DNA of 64,000 nt from Octopus sinensis (GCF_006345805.1 NC_043017.1:31682001-31746000), one strand, 5' to 3'. Positions 1-13,683 are shown, counted from the stretch's first letter. Numbers and translations: made by a program. The notes: generated by a model from the letters alone, not told the origin.

Positions 1-3000
1 CGAAGGTTTGAAAGGCAAAGTCGACTCGGCGGAATTTGAACTCAAAACGTTGCGACAGACGAAATACCTATTTCTTTACTACCCACAGAGGCTAAACACA
101 GAGGGGACGAACAAGGACAGACAAACGGATTAAGTCGATTACATCGACCCCAGTGCGTAACTGGTACTTAATTTATCGACTCCGAAGTTTGAAGGCAAAG
201 TCGAACTCGGCGGAATTTGAACTCAGAACGTAGTGACAGACGAAATACCTATTCTTTACTACCCACAGAGGCTAAACACAGAGGGGACAAACAAGGACAG
301 ACAAACGGATTAAGTCGATTACATCGACCCCAGTGCGTAACTGGTACTTAATTTATCGACTCCGAATGGTTGAAGGCAAAGTCGACCTCGGCGGAATTTG
401 AACTCAAACGTTTCCGACAGACGAAATACCTATTTCTTTACTACCACAAGAGGCTAAACACAGGGGGACAAACAAGAACAGACAACGGATTAAGTCGATT
501 ACATCGACCCCAGTGCGTAACTGGTACTTAATTTATCGACTCCGAAGGTTGAAAGGCAAAGTCGACCTCGGCGGAATTTAACTCAAAACGTTGCGACAGA
601 CGAAATACCTATTCTTTACTACCCACAAGAGGCTAAACACAGAGGGGACAACAAGAACAGACAAACGGATTAAGTCGATTACATCGACCCCAGTGCGTAA
701 CTGGTACTTAATTTATCGACTCCGAAAGTTTGAAAAGCAAAGTCGACCTCGGCGGAATTTGAACTCAAAACGTAGCGACAGACGAAATACTTATTTCTTT
801 ACTACCCACAAGAGGCTAACACAGAGGGGACAACAATACAAGGACAGACAAACGGATTAAGTCGATTATATCGACCCCAGTGCGTAACTGGTACTTATTT
901 ATCGACTCCGAAGGTTGAAAGGCAAAGTCGACCTCGGCGGAATTTGAACCAAAACGTTGCGACAGACGAAATACCTATTTCTTTACTACCCACAAGAGGC
1001 TAAACACAGAGGGGACAAACAAGGACAGACAAACGGATTAAGTCGATTACATCGACCCCAGTGCGTAACTGGTACTTAATTTATCGTCTCCGAAGGTTTG
1101 AAAGGCAAAGTCGACCTCGGCGGAATTTGAACTCAGAACGTAAGACAGACGAAATACCTATTTCTTATTACACCACAAAGGGCTAAACACAAAGGGGGAC
1201 AAACAAGAACAGACAAACGGATTAAGTCGATTACATCGACCCCAGTGCGTAACTGGTACTTAATTATCGACTCCGAAGGTTTGAAAGGCAATCGACCTCG
1301 GCGGAATTTGAAATCAGAACGTAGCGACAGACGAAATACCTATTTCTTTACTACCACAAGGGGCTAAACACAGAGGGGACAAACAAGGACAGACAAACGG
1401 ATTAAGTCGATTACATCGACCCCAGTGCGTAACTGGTACTTAATTTATCGACTCCGAAGGTTGAAAGGCAAAGTCGACCTCGGCGGAATTTGAACTCAGA
1501 ACGTAGCGACAGACGAAATGCTATTTCTTTACTACCCACAAGGGGCTAAACACAGACCAACAAACAAGGACAGACAAACGGATTAAGTCGATTACATCGA
1601 CCCCAGTGCGTAACTGGTACTTAATTTATCGACCCGAAGTTTGAAAGGCAAAGTCGACCTCGGCGGTATTTGAACTCAGAACGTAGCGACAGACGAAATA
1701 CCTATTTCTTTACTACTACAAGAGGCTAAACACAGAGGGGACAAACAAGGACAGACAACGGATTAAGTCGATTACATCGACCCCAGTGCGTAACTGGTAC
1801 TTAATTTATCGACTCCGAAGGATGAAAGGCAAAGTCGACCTCGGCGGAATTGAACTCAGAACGTAGCGACAGACAAATACCTATTTCTTTACTACCCACA
1901 GAGGCTAAACACAGAGGGGGACAATACAAGAACAGACAACGGATTAAGTCGATACATCGACCCCAGTGCGTAACTGGTACTTAATTTATCGACTCCGAAA
2001 GTTTGAAAAGCAAAGTCGACCTCGGCGGAATTTGAACTCAGAACTGTAACGACAGACGAAATACTTATTTCTTTACTACCCACAAGAGGCTAACCACAGA
2101 GGACAACAAGACAAGGACAGACAAACGGATTAAGTCGATTATATCGACCCCAATGCGTAACTGGTACTTAATTTATCGACTCCGAAGTTTGAAAGGCAAA
2201 GTCGACTCGGCGGAATTTGAACTCAGAACGTTGCGACAGACGAAATACCTATTTCTTTACTACCCCCACAGAGGCTAACACAGAGGGGACAAACAAGGAC
2301 AGACAACGGATTAAGTCGATTACATCGACCCCAGTGCGTAACTGGTACTTAATTTATCGACTCCGAAGGTTTGAAAGGCAAAGTCGACCTCGGCGGAATT
2401 TGAACTCAGAACGTAGTGACAGAGACGAAATACTATTTCTTTACTACCCACAAGGGGCTAAACACAGAGGGGACAAACAGGACAGACCACGGATTAAGTC
2501 GATTACATCGACCCCAGTGCGTAACTGGTACTTAATTTATCGACTCCGAAGGTTGAAAGCAAAGTCGACCTCGGCGGAATTTGAACTCAAAACGTTGCGA
2601 CAGACGAAATACCTATTTCTTTACTACCCACAAGAGCTAAACACAGAGGGGACAAACAAGAACAGACAAACGGATTAAGTCGATTACATCGACCCCAGTG
2701 CGTAACTGGTACTTAATTTATCGACTCCGAAGGTTTGAAAGGCAAAGTCGACCTCGGCGGAATTTGAACTCAAAACGTTGCGACAGACGAAATACCTATT
2801 TCTTTACTACCCACAAGAGGCTAAACACAGAGGGGACAAACAAGAACAGACAAACGGATTAAGTCGATTACATCGACCCCAGTGCGTAACTGGTACTTAA
2901 TTTATCGACTCCGAAAGTTTGAAAAGCAAAGTCGACCTCGGCGGAATTTGAACTCAAAACGTAGCGACAGACGAAGTACTTATTTCTTTACTACCCACAA

Positions 3001-6000
3001 GAGGCTAAACAAAGAGGGGACAACAAGTACAAGGACAGACAAACGGATTAAGTCGATTAATCGACCCCAGTGCGTACTGGTACTTAATTTATCGACTCCG
3101 AAGGTTTGAAAGGCAAAGTCGACCTCGGCGGAATTTGAACTCAAACGTTTCGACAGACGAAATACCTATTTCTTTACTACCCACAAGAGGCTCACACAGA
3201 GGGGACAAACAAGGACAGACAAACGGATTAAGTCGATTACATCGACCCCAGTGCGTAACTGGTACTTAATTTATCGTCTCCGAAGGTTTGAAAGGCAAAG
3301 TCGACCTCGGCGGAATTTGAACTCAGAACGTAGCGACAGACGAAATACCTATTTCTTTACTACCCACAAGGGGCTAAACACAAAGGGGGACAAACAAGAA
3401 CAGACAAACGGATTAAGTCGATTACATCGACCCCAGTGCGTAACTGGTACTTAATTTATCGACTCCGAAGGTTTGAAAGGCAAAGTCGACCTCGGCGGAA
3501 TTTGAAATCAGAACGTAGCGACAGACGAAATACCTATTTCTTTACTACCCACAAGGGGCTAAACACAGAGGGGACAAACAAGGACAGACCAACGGATTAA
3601 GTCGATTACACAATCGACCCCAGTGCGTAACTGGTACTTAATTTATCGACTCGAAGGTTTGAAAGGCAAAGTCGACCTCGGCGGAATTTGAACTCAGAAC
3701 GTAGCGACAGACGAATGCCTATTTCTTTACTACCCACAAGGGGCTAAACACAGACAGAACAAACAGGACAGACAAACGTATTAAGTCGATTACATCGACC
3801 CCAGTGCGTAACTGGTACTTAATTTATCGACTCCGAAGGTTTGAAAGGCAAAGTCGACCTCGGCGTATTTGAACTCAGAACGTAGCGACAGACGAAATAC
3901 ATATTTCTTTACTACCTACAAGAGGCTAAACACAGAGGGGACAAACAAGGACAGACAAACGGATTAAGTCGATTACATCGACCCCAGTGCGTAACTGGTA
4001 CTTATTTATCGACTCCGAAGGATTAAAGGCAAGTCGACCTCGGCGGATTTGAACTCAGAACGTAGCGACAGACGAAATACCTATTTCTTTACTACCCACA
4101 AGAGGCTAAACACAGAGGGGGACAATACAAGAACAGACAAACGGATTAAGTCGATTACATCGACCCCAGTGCGTAACTGGTACTTAATTTATCGACTCCG
4201 AAAGTTTGAAAAGCAAAGTCGACCTCGGCGGAATTTGAACTCAGAACGTAGCGACAGACGAAATACTTATTTCTTTACTACCCACAAGAGGCTAAACACA
4301 GAGGGGACAACAAGAACAAGGACAGACAAACGGATTAAGTCGATTATATCGACCCCAATGCGTAACTGGTACTTAATTTATCGACTCCGAAGGTTTGAAA
4401 GGCAAAGTCGACTTCGGCGGAATTTGAACTCAGAACGTTGCGACAGACGAAATACCTATTTCTTTACTACCCACAAGAGGCTAAACACAGAGGGGACAAA
4501 CAAGGACAGACAAACGGATTAAGTCGATTACATCGACCCCAGTGCGTAACTGGTACTTAATTTATCGACTCCGAAGGTTTGAAGGCAAAGTCGACCTCGG
4601 CGGAATTTGAACTCAGAACGTAGTGACACGAATACCTATTTCTTTACTACCCCCAAGCTAAACACAGAGGGGACAAACAAGGACAGACAAACGGATTAAG
4701 TCGATTACATCGACCCAGTGCGTAACTGGTACTTAATTTATCGACTCCGAAGGTTGAAAGGCAAAGTCGACCTCGGCGGAATTTGAACTCAAAACGTTGC
4801 GACAGACGAATACCTATTTCTTTACTACCCACAGAGGCTAAACACAGAGGGGACAAACAAGAACAGACAACGGATTAAGTCGATTACATCGACCCCCATG
4901 CGTAACTGGTACTTAATTTATCGACTCCGAATTTGAAAGGCAAAGTCGACCTCGGCGGAATTTGAACTCAAAACGTTGCGACAGACGAAATACCTATTTC
5001 TTTACTACCCACAAGAGGCTAAACACAGAGGGGACAAACAAGAACAGACAAACGGATTAAGTCGATTACATCGACCCCAGTGCGTAACTGGTACTTAATT
5101 TATCGACTCCGAAAGTTTGAAAAGCAAAGTCGACCTCGGCGGAATTTGAACTCAAAACGTAGCGACAGACGAAGTACTTATTTCTTTACTACCCACAAGA
5201 GGCTAAACACAGAGGGGACAACAAGTACAAGGACAGACAAACGGATTAAGTCGATTATATCGACCCCAGTGCGTAACTGGTACTTAATTTATCGACTCCG
5301 AAGGTTTGAAAGGCAAAGTCGACCTCGGCGGAATTTGAACTCAAAACGTTGCGACAGACGAAATACCTATTTCTTTACTACCCACAAGAGGCTAAACACA
5401 GAGGGGACAAACAAGGACAGACAAACGGATTAAGTCGATTACATCGACCCCAGTGCGTAACTGGTACTTAATTTATCGTCTCCGAAGGTTTGAAAGGCAA
5501 AGTCGACCTCGGCGGAATTTGAACTCAGAACGTAGCGACAGACGAAATACCTATTTCTTTACTACCCACAGGGGCTAAACACAAAGGGGACAACAAGACA
5601 GACAAACAAACGGATTAAGTCGATTACATCGACCCCAGTGCGTAACTGGTACTTAATTTATCGACTCCGAAGGTTTGAAAGGCAAAGTCGACCTCGGCGG
5701 AATTTGAAATCAGAACGTAGCGACAGACGAAATACCTATTTCTTTACTACCCACAAGGGGCTAAACACAGAGGGGACAAACAAGGACAGACAAACGGATT
5801 AAGTCGATTACATCGACCCCAGTGCGTAACTGGTACTTAATTTATCGACTCCGAAGGTTTGAAAGGCAAAGTCGACCTCGGCGGAATTTGAACTCAGAAC
5901 GTAGCGACAGACGAAATGCCTATTTCTTTACTACCCACAAGGGGCTAAACACAGACAGAACAAACAAGGACAGACAAACGGATTAAGTCGATTACATCGA

Positions 6001-9000
6001 CCCCAGTGCGTAACTGGTACTTAATTTATCGACTCCGAAGGTTTGAAAGGCAAAGTCGACCTCGGCGGTATTTGAACTCAGAACGTTGCGACAGACGAAA
6101 TACATATTTCTTTACTACCTACAAGAGGCTAAACACAGAGGGGACAACAAGAACAAGGACAGACAAACGGATTATTAAGTCGATTATATCGACCCCAGTG
6201 CGTAACTGGTACTTAATTTATCGACCTCCGAAGGTTTGAAAGGCAAAGTCGACCTCGGCGGAATTTGAACTCAAAACGTTGCGACAGACGAATACCTATT
6301 TCTTTACTACCCACAAGAGGCTAAACACAGAGGGGACAAACAAGGACAGACAAACGGATTAAGTCGATTACATCGACCCCAGTGCGTAACAGGTACTTAA
6401 TTTATCGACTCCGAAGGATTGAAAGGCAAAGTCGACCTCGGCGGAATTTGAACTCAGAACGTAGCGACAGACGAAATACCTATTTCTTTACTACCCACAA
6501 GAGGCTAAACACAGAGGGGGACAATACAAGGACAGACAAACGGATTAAGTCGATTACATCGACCCCAGTGCGTAACTGGTACTTACTTTATCGACTCCGA
6601 AAGTTTGAAAAGCAAAGTCGACCTCGGCGGAATTTGAACTCAGAACGTAGCGACAGACGAAATACTTATTTCTTTACTACCCACAAGAGGCTAAACACAG
6701 AGGGGACAACAAGAACAAGGACAGACAAACGGATTAAGTCGATTATATCGACCCCAGTGCGTAACTGGTACTTAATTTATCGACTCCGAAGGTTTGAAAG
6801 GCAAAGTCGACCTCGGCGGAATTTGAACTCAGAACGTTGCGACAGACGAAATACCTATTTCTTTACTACACACAAGAGGCTAAACACAGAGGGGACAAAC
6901 AAGGACAGACAAAAGGACGATTAAGTCGATTACATCGACCCCAGTGCGTAACTGGTACTTAATTTATCGACTCGAAAGGTTGAAAGGCAAAGTCGACCTC
7001 GGCGGAATTTGAACTCAGAACGTAGCGACAGACGAAATACCTATTTCTTTACTACCCACAAGAGGCTAAACACAGAGGGGGACAAACAAGAACAGACAAA
7101 CGGATTAAGTCGATTACATCGACCCCAGTGCGTAGCTGGTACTTAATTTATCGACTCCGAAGGTTTGAAAGGCAAAGTCGACCTCGGCGGAATTTGAACT
7201 CAGAACGTAGCGACAGACGAAATACTTATTTCTTTACTACCCACAAGAGGCTAAACACAGAGGGGACAACAAGAACAAGGACAGACAAACGAATTAAGTC
7301 GATTATATCGACCCCAGTGCGTAACTGGTACTTAATTTATCGACACCGAAGGTTTGAAAGGCAAAGTCGACCTCGGCGGGATTTGAACTCAAAACGTTGC
7401 GACAGACGAAATACCTATTTCTTTACTACCCACAAGAGGCTAAACACAGAGGGGACGAACAAGGACAGACAAACGGATTAAGTCGATTACATCGACCCCA
7501 GTGCGTAACTGGTACTTAATTTATCGACTCCGAAGGTTTGAAAGGCAAAGTCGACCTCGGCGGAATTTGAACTCAGAACGTAGTGACAGACGAAATACCT
7601 ATTTCTTTACTACCCACAAGAGGCTAAACACAGAGGGGACAAACAAGGACAGACAAACGGATTAAGTCGATTACATCGACCCCAGTGCGTAACTGGTACT
7701 TAATTTATCGACTCCGAAGGGTTGAAAGGCAATGTCGACCTCGGCGGAATTTGAACTCAAAACGTAGCGACAGACGAAATACCTATTTTTTACTACCACA
7801 AGAGGCTAAACACAGAGGGGACAACAAGAACAGACAAACGGATTAAGTCGATTACATCGACCCCAGTGCGAAACTGGTACTTAATTTATCGACTCCGAAG
7901 GTTTGAAAGGCAAAGTCGACCTCGGCGGAATTTGAACTCAAAACGTTGCGACAGACGAAATACCTATTTCTTACTACCCACAAGAGGCTAAAACCAGAGG
8001 GGACAAACAAGAACAGACAAACGGATTAAGTCGATTACATCGACCCCAGTGCGTAACTGGTACTTAATTTATCGACTCCGAACGTTTGAAAAGCAAAGTC
8101 GACCTCGGCGGAATTTGAACTCAAAACGTAGCGACAGACGAAGTACTTATTTCTTTACTACCCACAAGAGGCTAAACACAGAGGGGACAACAAGTACAAG
8201 GACAGACAAACGGATTAAGTCGATTATATCGACCCCAGTGCGTAACTGGTACTTAATTTATCGACTCCGAAGGTTTGAAAGGCAAAGTCGACCTCGGCGG
8301 AATTTGAACTCAAAACGTTGCGACAGACGAAATACCTATTTCTTTACTACCCACAAGAGGCTAAACACAGAGGGGACAAACAAGGCCAGACAAACGGATT
8401 AATTAAGTCGATTACATCGACCCCAGTGCGTAACTGGTACTTAATTTATCGTCTCCGAAGGTTTGAAAGGCAAAGTTACCTCGGCGGAATTTGAACTCAG
8501 AACGTAGCGGACAGACGAAATACCTATTTCTTTACTACCACAAGAGGCTAAACACAAAGGGGGACAAACAAGACAGACAAACGGATTAAGTCGATTACAT
8601 CGACCCCAGTGCGTAACTGGTACTTAATTTATCGACTCCGAAAGTTTGAAAAGCAAAGTCGACCTCGGCGGAATTTGAACTCAAAACGTAGCGACAGACG
8701 AAATACCTATTTCTTTACTACCCACAAGAGGCTAAACACAGAGGGGGACAAACAAGAACAGACAAACGGATTAAGTCGATTACATCGACCCCAGTGTGTA
8801 ACTGGTACTTAATTTATCGACTCCGAAGGTTTGAAAGGCAAAGTCGACCTCGGCGGAATTTGAACTCAAAACGTTGCGACAGACGAAATACCTATTTCTT
8901 TACTACCCACAAGAGGCTAAACACAGAGGGGACAAACAAGAACAGACAAACGGATTAAGTCGATTACATCGACCCCAGTGCGTAACTGGTACTTAATTTA

Positions 9001-11217
9001 TCGACTCCGAAAGTTTGAAAAGCAAAGTCGACCTCGGCGGAATTTGAACTCAAAACGTAGCGACAGACGAAATACTTATTTCTTTACTACCCACAAGAGG
9101 CTAAACACAGAGGGGACAACAAGAACAAGGACAGACAAACGGATTAAGTCGATTATATCGACCCCAGTGCGTAACTGGTACTTAATTTATCGACTCCGAA
9201 AGTTTGAAAGGCAAAGTCGACCTCGGCGGAATTTGAACTCAAAACGTTGCGACAGACGAAATACCTATTTCTTTACTACCCACAAGAGGCTAAACACAGA
9301 GGGGACAAACAAGGACAGACAAACGGATTAAGTCGATTACATCGACCCCAGTGCGTAACTGCTACTTAATTTATCGACTCCGAAGGTTTGAAAGGCAAAG
9401 TCGACCTCGGCGGCGAATTTGAACTCAGAACGTAGCGACAGACGAAATACCTATTCTTTACTACCCACAAGAGGCTAAACACAAAGGGGGACAAACAAGA
9501 ACAGACAAACGGATTAAGTCGATTACATCGACCCCAGTGCGTAACTGGTACTTAATTTATCGACTCCGAAAGTTTGAAAAGCAAAGTCGACCTCGGCGGA
9601 TTTGAACTCAAAACGTAGCGACAGACGAAATACCTATTTCTTTACTACCCACAAGAGGCTAAACACAGAGGGGACAACAAGAACAGACAAACGGATTAAG
9701 TCGATTACACATCGACCCCAGTGTGTAACTAGGTACTTACTTATCGACTCCGAAGGTTTGAAAGGCAAAGTCGACCGGCGGCGGAATTTGAACTCAAAAC
9801 GTTGCGACAGACGAAATACCTATTTCTTTACTACCCACAAGAGGCTAAACACAGGGGGACAAACAAGAACAGACAAACGGATTAAGTCGATTACATCGAC
9901 CCCAGTGCGTAACTGGTACTTAATATACGACCCGAAAGTTTGAAAAGCAAAGTCGACCTCGGCGGAATTTGAACTCAAAACGTAGCGACAGACGAAATAC
10001 TTATTTCTTTACTACCCACAAGAGGCTAAACACAGAGGGGACAACAAGAACAAGGACAGACAAACGGATTAAGTCGATTATATCGACCCCAGTGCGTAAA
10101 CTGGTAACTTATTTTATCGACTCCGAAAGTTGTGAAAGGCAAAGTCGACCTCGGCGGAATTTGAACTCAAAACGTTGCGACAGACGAAATACCTATTTCT
10201 TTACTACCCACAAGAGGCTAAACACAGAGGGGACAAACAAGGACAGACAACGGATTAAGTCGATTACATCGACCCCAGTGCGTAACTGCTACTTAATTTA
10301 TCGACTCCGAAGGTTTGAAAGGCAAAGTCGACCTCGGCGGAATTTGAACTCAGAACGTAGCGACAGACGAAATACCTATTTCTTTACTACCCACAAGGGG
10401 CTAAACACAAAGGGGGACAAACAAGAACAGACAAACGGATTAAGTCGATTACATCGACCCCAGTGCGTAACAGGTACTTATTTTATCGACTCCGAAAGGT
10501 TGAAAAGCAAAGTCGACCTCGGCGGAATTTGAACTCAAAACGTCGCGACAGACGAAATACCTATTTCTTTACTACCCACAAGAGGCTAAACACAGAGGGG
10601 ACAAACAAGGACAGACAAACGGATTAAGTCGATTACATCGACCCCAGTGCGTAACTGGTACTTAATTTATCGACTCCGAAGGGTTGAAAGGCAAAGTCGA
10701 CCTCGGCGGAATTTGAACTCAAAACGTAGCGAGAGACGAAATACCTATTTCTTTACTACCCACAAGAGGCTAAACACAGAGGGGGACAAACAAGAACAGA
10801 CAAACGGATTAAGTCGATTACATCGACCCCAGTGCGTAACTGGTACTTAATTTATCGACTCCGAAGTTTTGAAAGGCAAAGTCGACCTCGGCGGAATTTG
10901 AACTCAGAACGTAGCGACAGACGAAATACCTCATTCTTTACTACCCACAGAGGGGACAAACAAGGACAGACAAACAGATTAAGTCGATTACATCGACCCC
11001 AGTGCGTCACTGGTACTTAATTTATCGACTCCGAAGGTTTGAAAGGCAAAGTCGACCTCGGCAGAATTTGATCTCAGAACGTAGCGACAGACGAAATACC
11101 TATTGCTTTACTACCCACAAGAGGGGACAAACAAGGACAGACAAACAGACTGAGTCGATATGATCGACCCCCAGTGCGTAACTGGTAGTTATTTAATCAA
11201 CCCCGAAAAGATGAAAG
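1..11217 (-). repeat. Tandem satellite, ~182-bp monomer (~61 copies, continues off the left edge), derived from the body of SINE family B
   Basis: The monomer reverse complement GGTATTTCGTCTG..GAGTTCAAATTCCGCCGAGGTCGACTTTGCC..GTAAAGAAATA matches the body of dispersed copies such as 29467-29700 and 35037-35267. The array ends mid-monomer at ~11217 with no SINE head. Confidence 0.97.
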
Positions 11218-11814
11218 TACCTTATGTATACCGTTTACATGTTTTTTTACTTAATTTTGCTCCTGATATTTTTCCATGTGTAAACTCAAGATGGAATATT
11301 CCATTAATTGATAATTATTTATTCAGAGAAGAGATGACTGAAAATAGCACCTAGAAAATTCTATTTCAAATGAAAGGCGTTTAACTGGGCAATTGAAGTG
11401 CAAAATAAAACCATAGATATAAATACGTGTAAAAGTAAATTGTAAGTAGGGGACAACAGCAGAAGTAAGGTATGATGTAGGGATAATGGGATTTGTAACA
11501 TCAGACACCTTATTCTAGATTATTGAGAGAGGATTAGAACTGCTCAGTCTGCCTGTTTGAGCAAGGATGCGGTAACAACAGCCTACGCCTCGTTTATGTA
11601 TTCTTTATGGGAAATCTTTACTTTGAGAAGGGAGAGCGGGGAGAGAGCGGGGAGAAGGAGGGGAGGGAGAGAATGTAGAAGCGGAGGAAGAATGCATAAT
11701 GAAGAATTACAATGCTGACTAGGAAGGAAGACAAAGGCAAAGAAGCTGAGGAATTACCAAAAACAGAAGTAAAAGACAAGAACCAAAACAAGGTAAAAGA
11801 GATAAAAGAACAGC

Positions 11815-11975
11815 GAGAAGAAGAAGAAGAAGAAGAACAACAACAACAACAACAACAACAAGAAAAAGAAGAACAAGAAGAACAAGAACAAGAACAGCAA
11901 GAAGAAGAAGAAGAAGAAGAAGAAGAAGAAGAAGAAGAAGAAGAAGAATCAAGGAGAACAAGAACAAGAAGACTT
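11815..11975 (+). repeat. (GAA)n/(CAA)n compound microsatellite
   Basis: Read directly; accounts for the poly-E/Q and poly-L ORFs. Confidence 0.95.
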
Positions 11976-12244
11976 ACTACATGAAGATGGAAAACAACAA
12001 AAGGAACAACAAAAATGCTTCAAGACAGTCGAAGAAGCAGGAAAGACGATGTAGAAAAGAGAAAATATGGCAGCCAAAAAAAGACAAGACTAAGTTTTAG
12101 AGATAAAATATAGCGTTCTGCAATTTATTTGCCAGCATTTCTATAGAATATCTTTCAACATCATTGGCAGCTACTTTTGTTATAGTTTATGGTCTGTCTT
12201 AGATGAAGGAGGCTGCAAAAAAGTGGATTTTCATCACTTGGTAA

Positions 12245-12259
12245 TGTGTGTGTGTGTGT

Positions 12260-12290
<31 letters not shown>

Positions 12291-12422
12291 CTTTTATATA
12301 ACTATACGTATGAGTGTAGGTTTATGTTTAACTGTGAGTGTATATATGTAGACACACACACACACATATAGGTGCGTGTTCATGTATGAAATAAGCGTAA
12401 TGTATAAATATCACATCCATAT

Positions 12423-12471
<49 letters not shown>

Positions 12472-12792
12472 CATACATAAATATACATTCATACATATAT
12501 ACATACATATATGCATACATAAATATATATATATATATATACATACATATATATGAATAGATAAATGGAGTTTAACGCAGGTGTAATCAAATATTTTTAC
12601 TTTCGACGCATGTTTCGAAATTCCACTGATACTATTCAAAAAAATAAATGGTATAAACAATGCAATCTTCTCCTCATACATATATATATATATAGATACA
12701 TATATATATTATATAATATATAATAATATATATATATATATATATCTATATATATATATATTATATATATACATATATATATATACAGACAT

Positions 12793-12825
<33 letters not shown>

Positions 12826-12890
12826 CATACATACATATACATACATACATATATACATACATATATAAACTTAGATAAACTTAGATATGT
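12245..12890. repeat. Compound (TG)n/(CA)n/(TA)n microsatellite cluster with short unique islands
   Basis: Read directly. Confidence 0.9.
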
Positions 12891-13158
12891 TTCGACCAAG
12901 ATTGGTCCAGGCCATGTCTAACTTAATAGCACCACCTGATAGGATTATTTGAATCCTGTTTAAGTCAAGTTTTGTTTATGGTCCATTCAAGTAGTGAGTT
13001 TTTGTTGGGCGAGTTGTATCCAATTATGAGTGACTTATCTGGTATTCCTTGAAGGAATCTATCCAGACTCCGTTATATTCTTTTACTAGTTTAAACGCGG
13101 GAACTGCGGCCATTCTGAGGAACTGCCGTTCATGTATGTATGTATGTATGTATATGTA

Positions 13159-13215
<57 letters not shown>

Positions 13216-13219
<4 letters not shown>

Positions 13220-13351
13220 CAATTAAGGGCTCCTAAATAAAGATGCCGAGTGCGGGGAACACAAAAAGGGGATGAATTTATCGAGATAAATTCATCCCCT
13301 TTTTGTGTTCCCAGCACTCGGCATCTTTATTTAGGAGCCCTTAATTGTATA
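13216..13351. repeat. Near-perfect palindrome, ~67-bp arms, 2-nt spacer, abutting (TA)n
   Basis: TATACAATTAAGGG...GAATTTATC-GA-GATAAATTC...CCCTTAATTGTATA; one mismatch between arms. Confidence 0.95.
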
Positions 13352-13455
13352 ACTACATGAATAATATTTTTCTATATGAATAATATTTTTGTCTTATGAC
13401 TAATTCGTCTTTTGTGCTGGGCCCCTGGTAGTATAATATTACTACCCTTCTTGTT

Positions 13456-13519
<64 letters not shown>

Positions 13520-13622
13520 TATACATATATATATATATATGTATGGTGTGTGGGTGTGTGTGTGTGTGTTAATATATATACACATGCTGTTTTATTACAG
13601 CCGCCGAAAGAAAACTACACGG

Positions 13623-13658
13623 ACTGTTACAGTTTCACATAACCTTTCATCAGACAGT
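13623..13658 (-). ncRNA. Type I hammerhead-like motif (minimal; stem II poorly paired)
   Basis: Minus strand ACTGT-CTGATGA-aaggttatgt-GAAAC-T-GTA-ACAGT; stem I is a perfect 5 bp. Confidence 0.45.
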
Positions 13659-13683
13659 TGTAATAATATTAGTATTATCAAAA

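Noticed and set aside
1-5000. Frequent single-base indels between monomers as biological variation
   Set aside because: They are mostly homopolymer-length changes that do not recur with the HOR, which is typical of long-read consensus error. Only recurring substitutions were used.
591-11020. Dozens of similar ORFs (MRNWYLIYRLR...) as a tandem gene family
   Set aside because: They are antisense translations of the SINE monomer, start mostly at GTG/TTG, and break at random indels. The same peptide appears at every dispersed family B copy.
1-11217. Hammerhead or other ribozyme in the 182-bp monomer (retrozyme-type satellite)
   Set aside because: No CTGANGA core on either strand; only short hairpins (GTCGAT-tac-ATCGAC, CCAGT-tacgc-ACTGG). 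Other ribozyme classes cannot be excluded by eye.
12870-12920. Minus-strand GACC-aatctt-GGTC-GAAAC-ATATC as a hammerhead
   Set aside because: The CTGANGA half is absent.
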